Below are positions 46,649 through 55,234 of a stretch of DNA of 64,000 nucleotides, in pieces. Position 1 is the stretch's first letter, and every line of letters starts with the position of its first letter. Both the position numbers and the translations under genes were made by a program. Origin of the DNA: Chloroflexota bacterium (GTDB lineage: Bacteria; Chloroflexota; Anaerolineae; Promineifilales; Promineifilaceae); the NCBI GenBank assembly GCA_039199965.1, contig JBCCSO010000001.1, forward strand, positions 2,191 through 66,190, written 5' to 3'. A model generated the notes under the pieces. It saw nothing but the letters and a program-made list of their open reading frames with translations. It was not told where the DNA came from and made no database searches.

Positions 46649-47824
46649 GTGGAGCGTGAAAACGTTCTACCTCAAGCACAACACGTTTTGAGTAATTTCT
46701 TTTTCAGAAACGTTCTCCTCTTCACCCGAACCCTTCACGCGGCTGGTCTTAACATTACACCAACCCAAACAACTGACTTTCTAGACGCACTTCTGCTGGT
46801 TGATATTGGCAGTAGAAACCAAGTCTATCATTCAGCACGGTCACTTCTGGTCAGTAAGCGAGAACAGCTAAAATTGTTCGACACGATCTTTAACTTTTTT
46901 TGGCGTAAGGTGGCTCCTCCTAATGGATTAGTAAGGCAAAAAGCTCCTCTTGCACCGCGCCATAAACGGCCGCAGCAGCATCAATACGCAGCCATGCTAA
47001 TGGCTCGCGCAATAGGAAAAACAGACCAAGAGATCGAGATGATTGATAAGTCTGAAACCTATTCTGATGCGGACATGCTCCAGCGTAAAGAGTTTGCGCA
47101 GATGACAGAAGAAGAGTTGGCCGCCGTCAAACGGCTTATTCAGCAGATGAAATGGGACATTGCTACCCGCATCACAAGAAGAAAGGTCAGCGCAAAAAAT
47201 GGCCAGCAACTCGATCTGCGGAACGGCATGAGATCTGCCACCAAGTATGGTGGAATCCCAATCGAACTGTCGTACCAAACACGCAAAATCAAAGAGCGGC
47301 CAATCGTGTTATTGGCAGATATTTCTGGATCAATGGAAAAGTATTCTAGATTGGTCCTTCAATTTTTTTACAGCGTGGCGCAATCCAAAAAACAGGTTGA
47401 AAGCTTTGTTTTTGGAACACGCCTGACCCGAATTACCGGCGATTTAAAACTGAAAAACATTGATCGGGCGGTGGATCAAGCCTCGCGCGAGGTACGCGAC
47501 TGGAACGGTGGCACGCGAATTGGCGAAAGTTTTGCCTCTTTCAATCGAGAATGGGCCCGCCGTGTAATCAGGCGAGGTGCGATTGTTATTATTGTCAGTG
47601 ATGGCTGGGAACGGGGTGACAGCTCTGTTCTGGTCCGAGAAATGCGCTACTTACAGCACAGATGTCATCGATTGATATGGCTTAACCCACTTAGCGGCCG
47701 TCAATCGTATGAGGCAAGGGTAGAAGGAATGGCCGCCGCACTGCCGTTTATCGATGACTTTCTGCCCATCCATAATTTGCAAAGTCTCAAAGAGCTATCA
47801 GCTCATCTTGAAAAACTAAAGTGA
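46649..47824 (+). CDS. coxE: VWA-domain protein, CoxE-like
   Basis: 391 aa with a GTG start. The MIDAS block is LLADISGSM and the C-terminal VWA segment is IVSDGWERGD. It is paired with the MoxR ATPase as coxD-coxE. Confidence 0.7.
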   Translation: MERENVLPQAQHVLSNFFFRNVLLFTRTLHAAGLNITPTQTTDFLDALLLVDIGSRNQVYHSARSLLVSKREQLKLFDTIFNFFWRKVAPPNGLVRQKAPLAPRHKRPQQHQYAAMLMARAIGKTDQEIEMIDKSETYSDADMLQRKEFAQMTEEELAAVKRLIQQMKWDIATRITRRKVSAKNGQQLDLRNGMRSATKYGGIPIELSYQTRKIKERPIVLLADISGSMEKYSRLVLQFFYSVAQSKKQVESFVFGTRLTRITGDLKLKNIDRAVDQASREVRDWNGGTRIGESFASFNREWARRVIRRGAIVIIVSDGWERGDSSVLVREMRYLQHRCHRLIWLNPLSGRQSYEARVEGMAAALPFIDDFLPIHNLQSLKELSAHLEKLK

Positions 47825-47906
47825 GGCAACAAGTTACATGCTGCAGGTTTACTAACTGCATTGATGAACAAGCAACCGGTTACCTCTACTAAAGAAGGAG
47901 AAATAA

Positions 47907-48572
47907 ATGAAAATTGATGGCGAATACACTTTTGATGCGCCACGCGCACTGGTCTGGGATGCGCTGCAAGATCCGGCCGTGCTTGCCACGGTTTTGCCCG
48001 GTGCCGACGGTCTTGACACCGTTGGCGAAGACGAGTACGAGGGTGCTCTAAAGATCAAAGTGGGTCCAGTTCAAGGTAAGTTTAAAGGGCATATCCAAAT
48101 TACTGACAAGATAGATCTTGAAAGCTACAACATGAAAGTTGATGGCAAAGGGGCTCCGGGCTTCGTCAAAGCAACTGGCGGAATCAATCTCACTGAGGCT
48201 GACGGAAACAAAACCCATATGGCGTATACGGGTGATGCTAAGGTTGGTGGAAAAATCGCTTCTGTGGGTCAGCGTCTGATTGACACTTCTGCTAAAGCGA
48301 TCATTGGGCAAAGTCTAGAAGCTTTAAACGAATACCTAAAAGTTGAAGCTGCCAAGCAAGAGGTTGTTGAAGTAGCAGCCGCTGCCGGTGCTTCTGCCGA
48401 AGAAATTGAGGCCAAAGTCAAAGAAGAAGTGGATGAATATGTTGCCCCCACTCAAGCGGAATTAGCCACAAAAGTTGCCTCACAAGTTGCCAGCGATCTC
48501 AACCTGACACCATACATCATTGGTGGTGTTGTTCTTGTCGCGCTCATCATTCTCTACTTTGTCTTCGGGTAG
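47907..48572 (+). CDS. coxG: SRPBCC-fold CoxG-family protein with a C-terminal transmembrane tail
   Basis: AAGGAG lies 8 nt upstream. The opening is MKIDGEYTFDAPRALVWDALQDP...GKFKG, as in the COXG family. An Ala/Glu-rich linker follows, then the terminal hydrophobic helix PYIIGGVVLVALIILYFVFG. Confidence 0.75.
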   Translation: MKIDGEYTFDAPRALVWDALQDPAVLATVLPGADGLDTVGEDEYEGALKIKVGPVQGKFKGHIQITDKIDLESYNMKVDGKGAPGFVKATGGINLTEADGNKTHMAYTGDAKVGGKIASVGQRLIDTSAKAIIGQSLEALNEYLKVEAAKQEVVEVAAAAGASAEEIEAKVKEEVDEYVAPTQAELATKVASQVASDLNLTPYIIGGVVLVALIILYFVFG

Positions 48573-48781
48573 CCCACCATAGAAATAAGCACAGTACGCT
48601 GGGCTAATGTAAGCATCAGGACCAACTTAAATTAACAAGGGAGTAAGTGACAGCATCTTTTGTCATCTTTATTTAGGCAACCTAAATTTAAGCAAAAAGC
48701 GGGTAATTGCTCGCAGAACAACCAATTTTGATCGGCGAGCATTCGTAAATCGCCAATCAAAAGTTGAAATGGAGGTTTCCC

Positions 48782-49645
48782 ATGATTCCAGGCGAGTTTG
48801 ACTACTACGCCCCCACTTCATTGGATGAAGCGGTCTCACTCCTGTCAAAACACGGCGATGACGCCAAGATTTTGGCAGGTGGACAAAGCTTGATCCCAGC
48901 CATGCGGTATCGTTTGGCACTCCCAGAAATTCTGATTGATATCACCGGAATTGACGGGATGAGCTACATTCGCGAGGACAACGGCCATCTTGCAATTGGC
49001 GCGATGACAACTGAAAGCGAATTGGAAGATTCTGAACTTGTTCAAGACGGATATGACATGCTTTCAGACGCTGCGTTCGTCATCGCAGACCCGGTAGTCC
49101 GCAACAAAGCAACGGTTGGTGGCAATATCGCCCACTCAGATCCCGCCAATGATCATCCGGCCGTCATGCTAGCATATGGCGCAGAAGTCATCTGCTTGGG
49201 TCCGGGTGGTACGCGCTCGATACCCATCGATGAGTTCTTCACTGGCCTGTTTGAAAATTCGTTGGGCGATGACGAGATTTTAACTGAAATCCGTGTGCCC
49301 CGTCCTGCAGCAAATTCTGGCACGGCCTATATAAAAATTGAGCGAAAAGTAGGTGACTACGCTATTTCAGCGGCCGCAGTAAATCTCGTTATGGATGGGG
49401 ATACAGTAGCTGGTGCACGTATTGGTCTAACCAACGTTAGTGCTACGCCCATGCGGGCTAGAAACGCAGAAGCGGCCATCATTGGAAAAATATTGACTGA
49501 TGACGTACTGGAAGCGGCCGGTGCTGCAGCCGGTGCCGAGTGTGACCCAGCGGCCGATCTACGCGGAACGGTGGAATACAAACGCGACCTCACCCGCGTC
49601 TTGGTAAAACGAGCAATTAAGAAAGCCGCCAGCAGAGCTGGATAG
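48782..49645 (+). CDS. coxM: CO dehydrogenase medium (FAD-binding) subunit
   Basis: The start at ATG 48782 (MIPGEFDYYAP) is preceded by GGAGG. LAGGQSLIP and ATVGGNIAHSDPANDHP are FAD_binding_5/CO_deh_flav_C blocks. Confidence 0.85.
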   Translation: MIPGEFDYYAPTSLDEAVSLLSKHGDDAKILAGGQSLIPAMRYRLALPEILIDITGIDGMSYIREDNGHLAIGAMTTESELEDSELVQDGYDMLSDAAFVIADPVVRNKATVGGNIAHSDPANDHPAVMLAYGAEVICLGPGGTRSIPIDEFFTGLFENSLGDDEILTEIRVPRPAANSGTAYIKIERKVGDYAISAAAVNLVMDGDTVAGARIGLTNVSATPMRARNAEAAIIGKILTDDVLEAAGAAAGAECDPAADLRGTVEYKRDLTRVLVKRAIKKAASRAG

Positions 49646-49692
49646 TGGTTAGTCGTTGGTAGATAGTCGTTAGTTTCGCTTTTGCTTACATA

Positions 49693-49726
49693 CTAACCAC
49701 TAACATCTAACCACTAACATCTAAAC
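49693..49726 (+). repeat. Tandem 14-mer (CTAACCACTAACAT x2 plus partial CTAAAC) abutting the coxS start codon
   Basis: Read directly: 49693..49706 and 49707..49720 are identical, and 49721..49726 is a partial third copy. The complementary TAGTGGTT/TAGTCGTT motifs lie at 49643..49672. Confidence 0.9.
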
Positions 49727-49728
49727 AA

Positions 49729-50226
49729 ATGTCAAAACACGAAATAACTGTAACTGTAAACGGAACTGAACATACGGAAGAAGTCGAAAGTAGGCTGCTA
49801 TTGGTCCACTTTATCCGTGAAAATCTTGATCTGACCGGCACCCACATTGGCTGTGACTCCACAAGCTGTGGTGCTTGCACGATCCAAGTAGATGGACAGA
49901 CGGTCAAAAGTTGCACCATGTTTGCGGTGCAAGCCAATGGCAAAAGCATCAAAACCATTGAAGGGATGGCAAATGGTGCTGAACTACATCCTTTACAAGA
50001 AGGATTCTGGGAAAAACATGGGCTACAGTGCGGCTACTGCACGCCCGGGATGATCATGCAGGCGGACCATCTTTTGAGCAAAAATCCAAACCCGACAGAA
50101 GAGGAAATCCGCTGGGGTATTTCTGGTAACCTGTGCCGCTGCACCGGCTACAACAAGATTGTTGAAGCGATCGAGTATGCGGCCGACAAAATGGCAAACA
50201 GTGAAACGGAGGCAGAGACAGCATAA
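49729..50226 (+). CDS. coxS: CO dehydrogenase small ([2Fe-2S]) subunit
   Basis: 165 aa. [10 protein letters not shown] is the plant-type [2Fe-2S] site. [10 protein letters not shown]...CRCTGY is the second cluster. Confidence 0.9.
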   Translation: MSKHEITVTVNGTEHTEEVESRLLLVHFIRENLDLTGTHIGCDSTSCGACTIQVDGQTVKSCTMFAVQANGKSIKTIEGMANGAELHPLQEGFWEKHGLQCGYCTPGMIMQADHLLSKNPNPTEEEIRWGISGNLCRCTGYNKIVEAIEYAADKMANSETEAETA

Positions 50227-52685
50227 TGACTTATCATAATCCAAATGCCCCTCGTCACTTGGAAGACCGAGTAGAAAAACAGATTACCCCTATGGGGCCG
50301 AATGAGTCTGCAAATGTGGAAACCACGGAGGAGGTGCGTATTACCACACCGCCTGAAATTTGTGGTATGGGGCACCGAATGAAGCGGAAAGAAGATCCGC
50401 GCTTTATTCAGGGCAAAGGGAACTACGTCGATGATATTAAGTTACCCGGCATGCTGTACATGGACATTGTCCGCAGCCCCTATGCACACGCCAAAATTTT
50501 AGAAATTGATGCAAGCGAAGCTTTGGCAACAGAAGGTGTTTTGGCTGTTATCACAGGTAAAGATCTTGAAGCGCATAACTTAGCATGGATGCCTACGTTA
50601 ATGTCAGACACTCAAATGGTGTTGCCAACCGACAAAGTGGTTTACTATGCGCAGGAAGTCTGTGCCGTTGTCGCCACAAGCCGCTACATCGCGGCCGACG
50701 CCATTGAAAAAATTTACGTCGATTATGAACCACTAGACCCAGTTGTTGATCCATTTGACGCACTGAATGACAACACCCTCGTTCGTGAAGACAAAGAGGA
50801 AAAAACCAATCGGATTTGGCACTGGGAAGTAGGCGACAAAGATGCCACAGATGAGGTGTTCGCAAATGCAGCCCACGTCATCAAGCAGCATCACTACATC
50901 CCGCGTATTCATGTTTCTTCGATTGAAACCTGCGGTATGGTGGCAAACTACAACAGCGCCACTGGCAAAATGCAGCTTTTCATGACAACGCAGGCACCCC
51001 ACGCTATTCGCACCGTTTTCGCTTTGGTAGCAGGGCTGCCTGAGCACAAAATTCAGGTGGTATCACCCGATATTGGCGGTGGATTTGGCGGTAAGGTTCC
51101 CGTTTATCCGGGGTATGTGATTTGTGCGGCCGCTTCTCTCTTGATTGGCAAACCGGTCAAATGGATCGAAGATCGCTCAGAGAATTTACAGGCAGATAGT
51201 TTTGCTCGTGATTATCATCTAGACGCGGAACTCGCGGCCGATGAGAACGGAAAAATCATTGGATTGCGCGTTAATGGTCTGGCTGACCATGGCTGTGCTG
51301 ACGCGGCCGCCAATCCTTCAAAATTCCCGGCCGGATTGTTCTCAATTTGTACCGGTTCATACGACATGCAGGCGGCTCACGTTAACTTCGACGCCGTGTA
51401 CACCAACAAGCCCCCCGGTGGTGTAGCTTATCGCTGCTCATTCCGTGTGACAGAAGCGGTGCAAATGATTGAGCGCATGACTGACATGATGGCGCACGAG
51501 CTGGGTGTAGATCCAGCCGACTATCGGATGCGTAACTTCATCCAGCCAGAAGATTTTCCATACGAGTCCCCTACTGGCTGGCACTACGACAGTGGTAACT
51601 ACCCGGCCGCATTGCAGAAAGCGATGGATATGATCGGGTATGACGAGCTGCGTAAAGAGCAGGCGGAAATGCGCAAAGAAGGAAAGCTGATGGGGATTGG
51701 TATTTCCAGCTTTACAGAAGTCGTTGGCGCAGGGCCAAGCCGCGACTACGACATTTTGGGGATCAAGATGTTTGACTCGGCCGAAATTCGCATCCATCCA
51801 ACCGGCAAAGCGATAGCCCGCTTTGGCACCAAGTCACAGGGGCAGGGTCATGAAACAACCTACGCTCAGATCTTAGCAGAAGAGTTGGGGTTGCCAGCGG
51901 CCGACATCGAGATTGAAGAAGGGGACACCGATACGGCGCCATACGGTTTGGGTACATACGCCAGTCGTTCAACCCCCACGGCCGGGGCTGCGGCCGCCAT
52001 GGCAGCACGGAAGATCAAAGCCAAAGCCAAGAAAATCGCCGCTTACTTGCTCGAAGTAAACGAAGATGACCTTGAGTGGAACATCAATCAGTGGCAGGTG
52101 AAAGGGTCTCCTGAGCAGGCAAAAACAATCCAAGACATTGCATTTGCTGCCTACACCAACCATCCACCGGGCATGGAAGCTGGCCTCGAAGCAACTGACT
52201 ACTATGATCCACCCAACTTGACCTTCCCATTCGGCTCGTACATCGCTGTGGTAGATATTGACACCGGCACCGGGATGGTTGAAATTCGCCGCTTTGTGGC
52301 GATTGACGACTGTGGCAACATCATCAACCCACTTGTGGTTGAAGGTCAGGTCCACGGTGGTTTGACGATGGGATTGGCGCCTGCCATGTACGAAGAAATC
52401 GTTTACGATGAAAATGGGCAGTGTCTAACCGGCACTTTCGCAGACTACTTGGTTCCAACGGCCGTAGAGTCACCCAAATGGGAAACCGGCCACACAATCA
52501 CACCCTCACCTCACCATCCAATTGGTGCAAAAGGTGTGGGTGAATCACCAACAGTTGGTGCGCCACCCGCCATCGCCAATGCTGTAGTCGATGCGATGTG
52601 GCACCTTGGTGTGCGTCACATTGACATCCCCATCACACCGCAAAAGGTGTGGAAAGCTCTGCGCGATGCAGGTGTTAACGACTAG
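50226..52685 (+). CDS. coxL: Form-I aerobic CO dehydrogenase large (molybdopterin) subunit
   Basis: 819 aa. The active-site loop reads GGVAYRCSFRVTEA. AYxCSFR is the established form-I CoxL signature; form II has AYRGAGR. The start overlaps the coxS stop (ATAATG). Confidence 0.9.
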   Translation: MTYHNPNAPRHLEDRVEKQITPMGPNESANVETTEEVRITTPPEICGMGHRMKRKEDPRFIQGKGNYVDDIKLPGMLYMDIVRSPYAHAKILEIDASEALATEGVLAVITGKDLEAHNLAWMPTLMSDTQMVLPTDKVVYYAQEVCAVVATSRYIAADAIEKIYVDYEPLDPVVDPFDALNDNTLVREDKEEKTNRIWHWEVGDKDATDEVFANAAHVIKQHHYIPRIHVSSIETCGMVANYNSATGKMQLFMTTQAPHAIRTVFALVAGLPEHKIQVVSPDIGGGFGGKVPVYPGYVICAAASLLIGKPVKWIEDRSENLQADSFARDYHLDAELAADENGKIIGLRVNGLADHGCADAAANPSKFPAGLFSICTGSYDMQAAHVNFDAVYTNKPPGGVAYRCSFRVTEAVQMIERMTDMMAHELGVDPADYRMRNFIQPEDFPYESPTGWHYDSGNYPAALQKAMDMIGYDELRKEQAEMRKEGKLMGIGISSFTEVVGAGPSRDYDILGIKMFDSAEIRIHPTGKAIARFGTKSQGQGHETTYAQILAEELGLPAADIEIEEGDTDTAPYGLGTYASRSTPTAGAAAAMAARKIKAKAKKIAAYLLEVNEDDLEWNINQWQVKGSPEQAKTIQDIAFAAYTNHPPGMEAGLEATDYYDPPNLTFPFGSYIAVVDIDTGTGMVEIRRFVAIDDCGNIINPLVVEGQVHGGLTMGLAPAMYEEIVYDENGQCLTGTFADYLVPTAVESPKWETGHTITPSPHHPIGAKGVGESPTVGAPPAIANAVVDAMWHLGVRHIDIPITPQKVWKALRDAGVND

Positions 52686-52694
52686 GTATTGTAG

Positions 52695-52740
52695 AAAAAG
52701 AGCTTCGCTGTTTTTAAGCAGCGAAGCTCTTTTTGTATTT
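52695..52740 (+). terminator. Strong intrinsic terminator after coxL
   Basis: GAGCTTCGCTG-N8-CAGCGAAGCTC is an 11-bp perfect stem followed by TTTTTGTATTTTTT. Confidence 0.85.
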
Positions 52741-52781
52741 TTTAAAATTAGGAAAAGTCACAATTGTAGGAGACAAGCAAA

Positions 52782-53603
52782 ATGAATCCCAAAATGGTTT
52801 CAGCAGGTGGTCAAAACATTGCAACCTATGACAGCGGTGGAAGCGGACCGGCCGTTTTCTTTTTACACGGAAATTCAGCGTCGAGCTTGACGTTTAGAGA
52901 CCAATTAGAGGGTGACTTCGGCAAAAAGTATCGGGTATTAGCTATGGATTTACCAGGCCATGGTGAGTCAGAGAAAGCCGCTGATCCTGCAAGCACTTAC
53001 CATATGCCGGGATATGCGGCCGTACTAGCAGAAGTTGCTGAAAAGCTTGATGCTTCAGATGCAGTCTTTGTAGGCTGGAGTTTAGGCGGTCACATCGTTC
53101 TTGAGGCAACTGAGCAACTATCTAGGGCTCCGGGTTTCGTCATCTTCGGCACGCCGCCTCTGGCCTATCCACCAGATATGGAGAACGCCTTTTTACCGAA
53201 TCCTAGCATGGCAGCAGCATTCGAAAATGAACTTACTCAAGAACAGATGGAGGGGTTTGCTGCGGCATGTTTAGCCCCAAATACAACTTTAGATTTAGCC
53301 CCATATGTTGCAGACATCGCCCGAACGGATGGCAGCGCGCGGCTCACAATGGGTGGCAGCATTGCTCCCGGAAATTACAGAGATGAGGTTGATGTAGTGA
53401 AAAATCTGAAACGGCCGCTAGCCATTCTTCATGGCGAACACGAGCAGCTCGTCAATGAAAAATACATTAGCCAGCTAGAAATGCCTACGCTTTGGCGTGA
53501 GGCGGTTCAAATCATTGCAGGTTCTGGCCATACACCTCAAGCAGAAACACCAAATGCGTTCAATGATCTAGTCTCTGCATTTGTAGATGAAGTAACTGGG
53601 TAG
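52782..53603 (+). CDS. Alpha/beta-fold hydrolase
   Basis: 273 aa. The oxyanion region is FFLHGN. The nucleophile elbow is GWSLGG. The C-terminal SGHTPQ supplies the catalytic His. Confidence 0.8.
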   Translation: MNPKMVSAGGQNIATYDSGGSGPAVFFLHGNSASSLTFRDQLEGDFGKKYRVLAMDLPGHGESEKAADPASTYHMPGYAAVLAEVAEKLDASDAVFVGWSLGGHIVLEATEQLSRAPGFVIFGTPPLAYPPDMENAFLPNPSMAAAFENELTQEQMEGFAAACLAPNTTLDLAPYVADIARTDGSARLTMGGSIAPGNYRDEVDVVKNLKRPLAILHGEHEQLVNEKYISQLEMPTLWREAVQIIAGSGHTPQAETPNAFNDLVSAFVDEVTG

Positions 53604-53670
53604 ATCAGTTTTTCATAGGCCAAAGTAGGAAACAAGCGACACCGGCAAGCCGTTTATTTATACTGATCGC

Positions 53671-54033
53671 ATGTTTGACTTCCAAAATAACACGCCATCC
53701 GGAAATTTAATGCGGATGCTTCGGTTCACGGCAGCCATTATGGTCTTTTTAGCCGTTGTGCGTGCGGCTCAAAATGGCCTCCCAGAGCCAGCCATCTATG
53801 TAAACACCGTCAATTTCATGCTCTTGCTCTTTGGTCTGATGTCTTATTTGGCAGCTTATCTGATTGAGCAGAAGCAATCTGTTGGCTACATTCCAATTGC
53901 CGTTGCCACTTTATATCCATTGTCAGTTAGTTTGACAACGGGGCAGCCACTAAACATCGTCATCGTCATTTATGGCGCGTTTGTTCTCTTTCAATATTGG
54001 CGTTTAAGGCAATCCGGATACTTTGAAACCTAA
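53671..54033 (+). CDS. Small hypothetical integral membrane protein
   Basis: 120 aa with three or four hydrophobic helices and no recognisable motif. Confidence 0.45.
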   Translation: MFDFQNNTPSGNLMRMLRFTAAIMVFLAVVRAAQNGLPEPAIYVNTVNFMLLLFGLMSYLAAYLIEQKQSVGYIPIAVATLYPLSVSLTTGQPLNIVIVIYGAFVLFQYWRLRQSGYFET

Positions 54034-54078
54034 ACGAATTGACCCTCAGTTTTAATTTGCAGGGTCTTAACTCATCTT

Positions 54079-55068
54079 ATGTTTGACGACTACTTCTCAA
54101 AAGCCCATGAACTAAATAAAAAGGGAGAGCCTTTTGTCACTGCAACGGTCGTCCGCGCAGAAAAACCAACCTCTGGCAAACCGGGTGACAAAGCGATTGT
54201 CACCATAGACGGGGTCATGCATGGCTGGATCGGTGGCTCATGTGCGCAGCCAACGGTAGTTAAAGAGGCATTGAAGGCGTTAAGTGATGACGAAAGCCGA
54301 TTGATTAGACTCTCCACAAATCCTGAAAACCAAATGTCAAGAGAAGGATTGCTTGATCTACCGATGACTTGCTTTAGCGGCGGCACACTTGAAATTTACA
54401 TTGAGCCGGTCCGGCCGAAACCGCGCTTGCTCATTATTGGGAATTTGCCGGTAGCACAAGCATTGTGCCACTTGGGTCACGCGATGAATTACCACGTGAT
54501 TGCGGCCGATCCTGACACAAAAGGGGCTGGTATGCCACACGCCAATGAAGTGATCACCGATCTTGAGCAAATCGGAGATGCGATTTCTCCCATGACATAC
54601 GTAGTAGTCGCTACACACGGCAATTTTGATGAAGTTGCACTTGAAAAAGCGATCAAAGCCCATGTGCCTTATGTGGGATTGGTAGCTAGCAAACGGAGGG
54701 CATCGGCCGTGCGCGAGTATTTGCATATGGCTGGCTATGATGACAATGACCTACTGGCTCTAAAAGCCCCGGCCGGGCTCGACATTCAGGCCCGCCGTGG
54801 TGATGAGATTGCGCTAAGCATTATGGCTGAAATTGTAGAGCGCAGACGGACGGCCGAGAATCTAGACCTAACCCTCATGCGGGAGCAGTTCGAGGTTGAA
54901 GTTGAAGCCCCTGATATAGCCATCGATCCGATTTGCCAAATGGAAGTAGTCATTGAAACAGCTAAACACAAGCATGAGCACAATGGAGAAATGTTTTACT
55001 TTTGCTGCCCAGCCTGCAAAAGAACCTTTGCCAAAGACCCTGAACCGTTTTTAGCAGCGGTGCCTTAA
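54079..55068 (+). CDS. XdhC/CoxI(F)-family molybdoenzyme maturation protein fused to a C-terminal YHS/TRASH metal-binding domain
   Basis: The N-terminal FVTATVVRAEKPTSGKPGDKAIV is XdhC_CoxI-like. The central Rossmann-like segment is RLLIIGNLPVAQAL. The C-terminal DPICQMEV...GEMFYFCCPACKRTFAKDP matches the YHS pattern (DPVCGM...YYFCS..C...F). Confidence 0.75.
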   Translation: MFDDYFSKAHELNKKGEPFVTATVVRAEKPTSGKPGDKAIVTIDGVMHGWIGGSCAQPTVVKEALKALSDDESRLIRLSTNPENQMSREGLLDLPMTCFSGGTLEIYIEPVRPKPRLLIIGNLPVAQALCHLGHAMNYHVIAADPDTKGAGMPHANEVITDLEQIGDAISPMTYVVVATHGNFDEVALEKAIKAHVPYVGLVASKRRASAVREYLHMAGYDDNDLLALKAPAGLDIQARRGDEIALSIMAEIVERRRTAENLDLTLMREQFEVEVEAPDIAIDPICQMEVVIETAKHKHEHNGEMFYFCCPACKRTFAKDPEPFLAAVP

Positions 55069-55234
55069 ATTGATGGAAGGGAAGTGTGGTCGCGCTCGAT
55101 AGAACGGCCGAAAGGTACAAATACAGCAAAATCAAGCGGAAAAAAACAGCTAATAATCCTGCTAATAAATGGCAATAGCCCACATACACTAAACGATTAT
55201 TCCTAAAACCGGTAGAACCGATTAGAACATGCGA

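Noticed and set aside
45779-47824. MoxR AAA+ ATPase plus VWA protein as a stand-alone NTP-dependent conflict or defence system
   Set aside because: The pair sits at the head of a complete form-I cox cluster (coxG, M, S, L follow on the same strand). It matches the known CoxD/CoxE maturation pair in size and motifs. No effector, protease or nuclease partner is present.
49693-49726. Tandem repeats (here and at 62195..62242) as a CRISPR array
   Set aside because: Each has only two to three contiguous copies with no spacers. Repeat lengths are 14 and 24 nt. No cas genes are in the window. These are simple tandem duplications.
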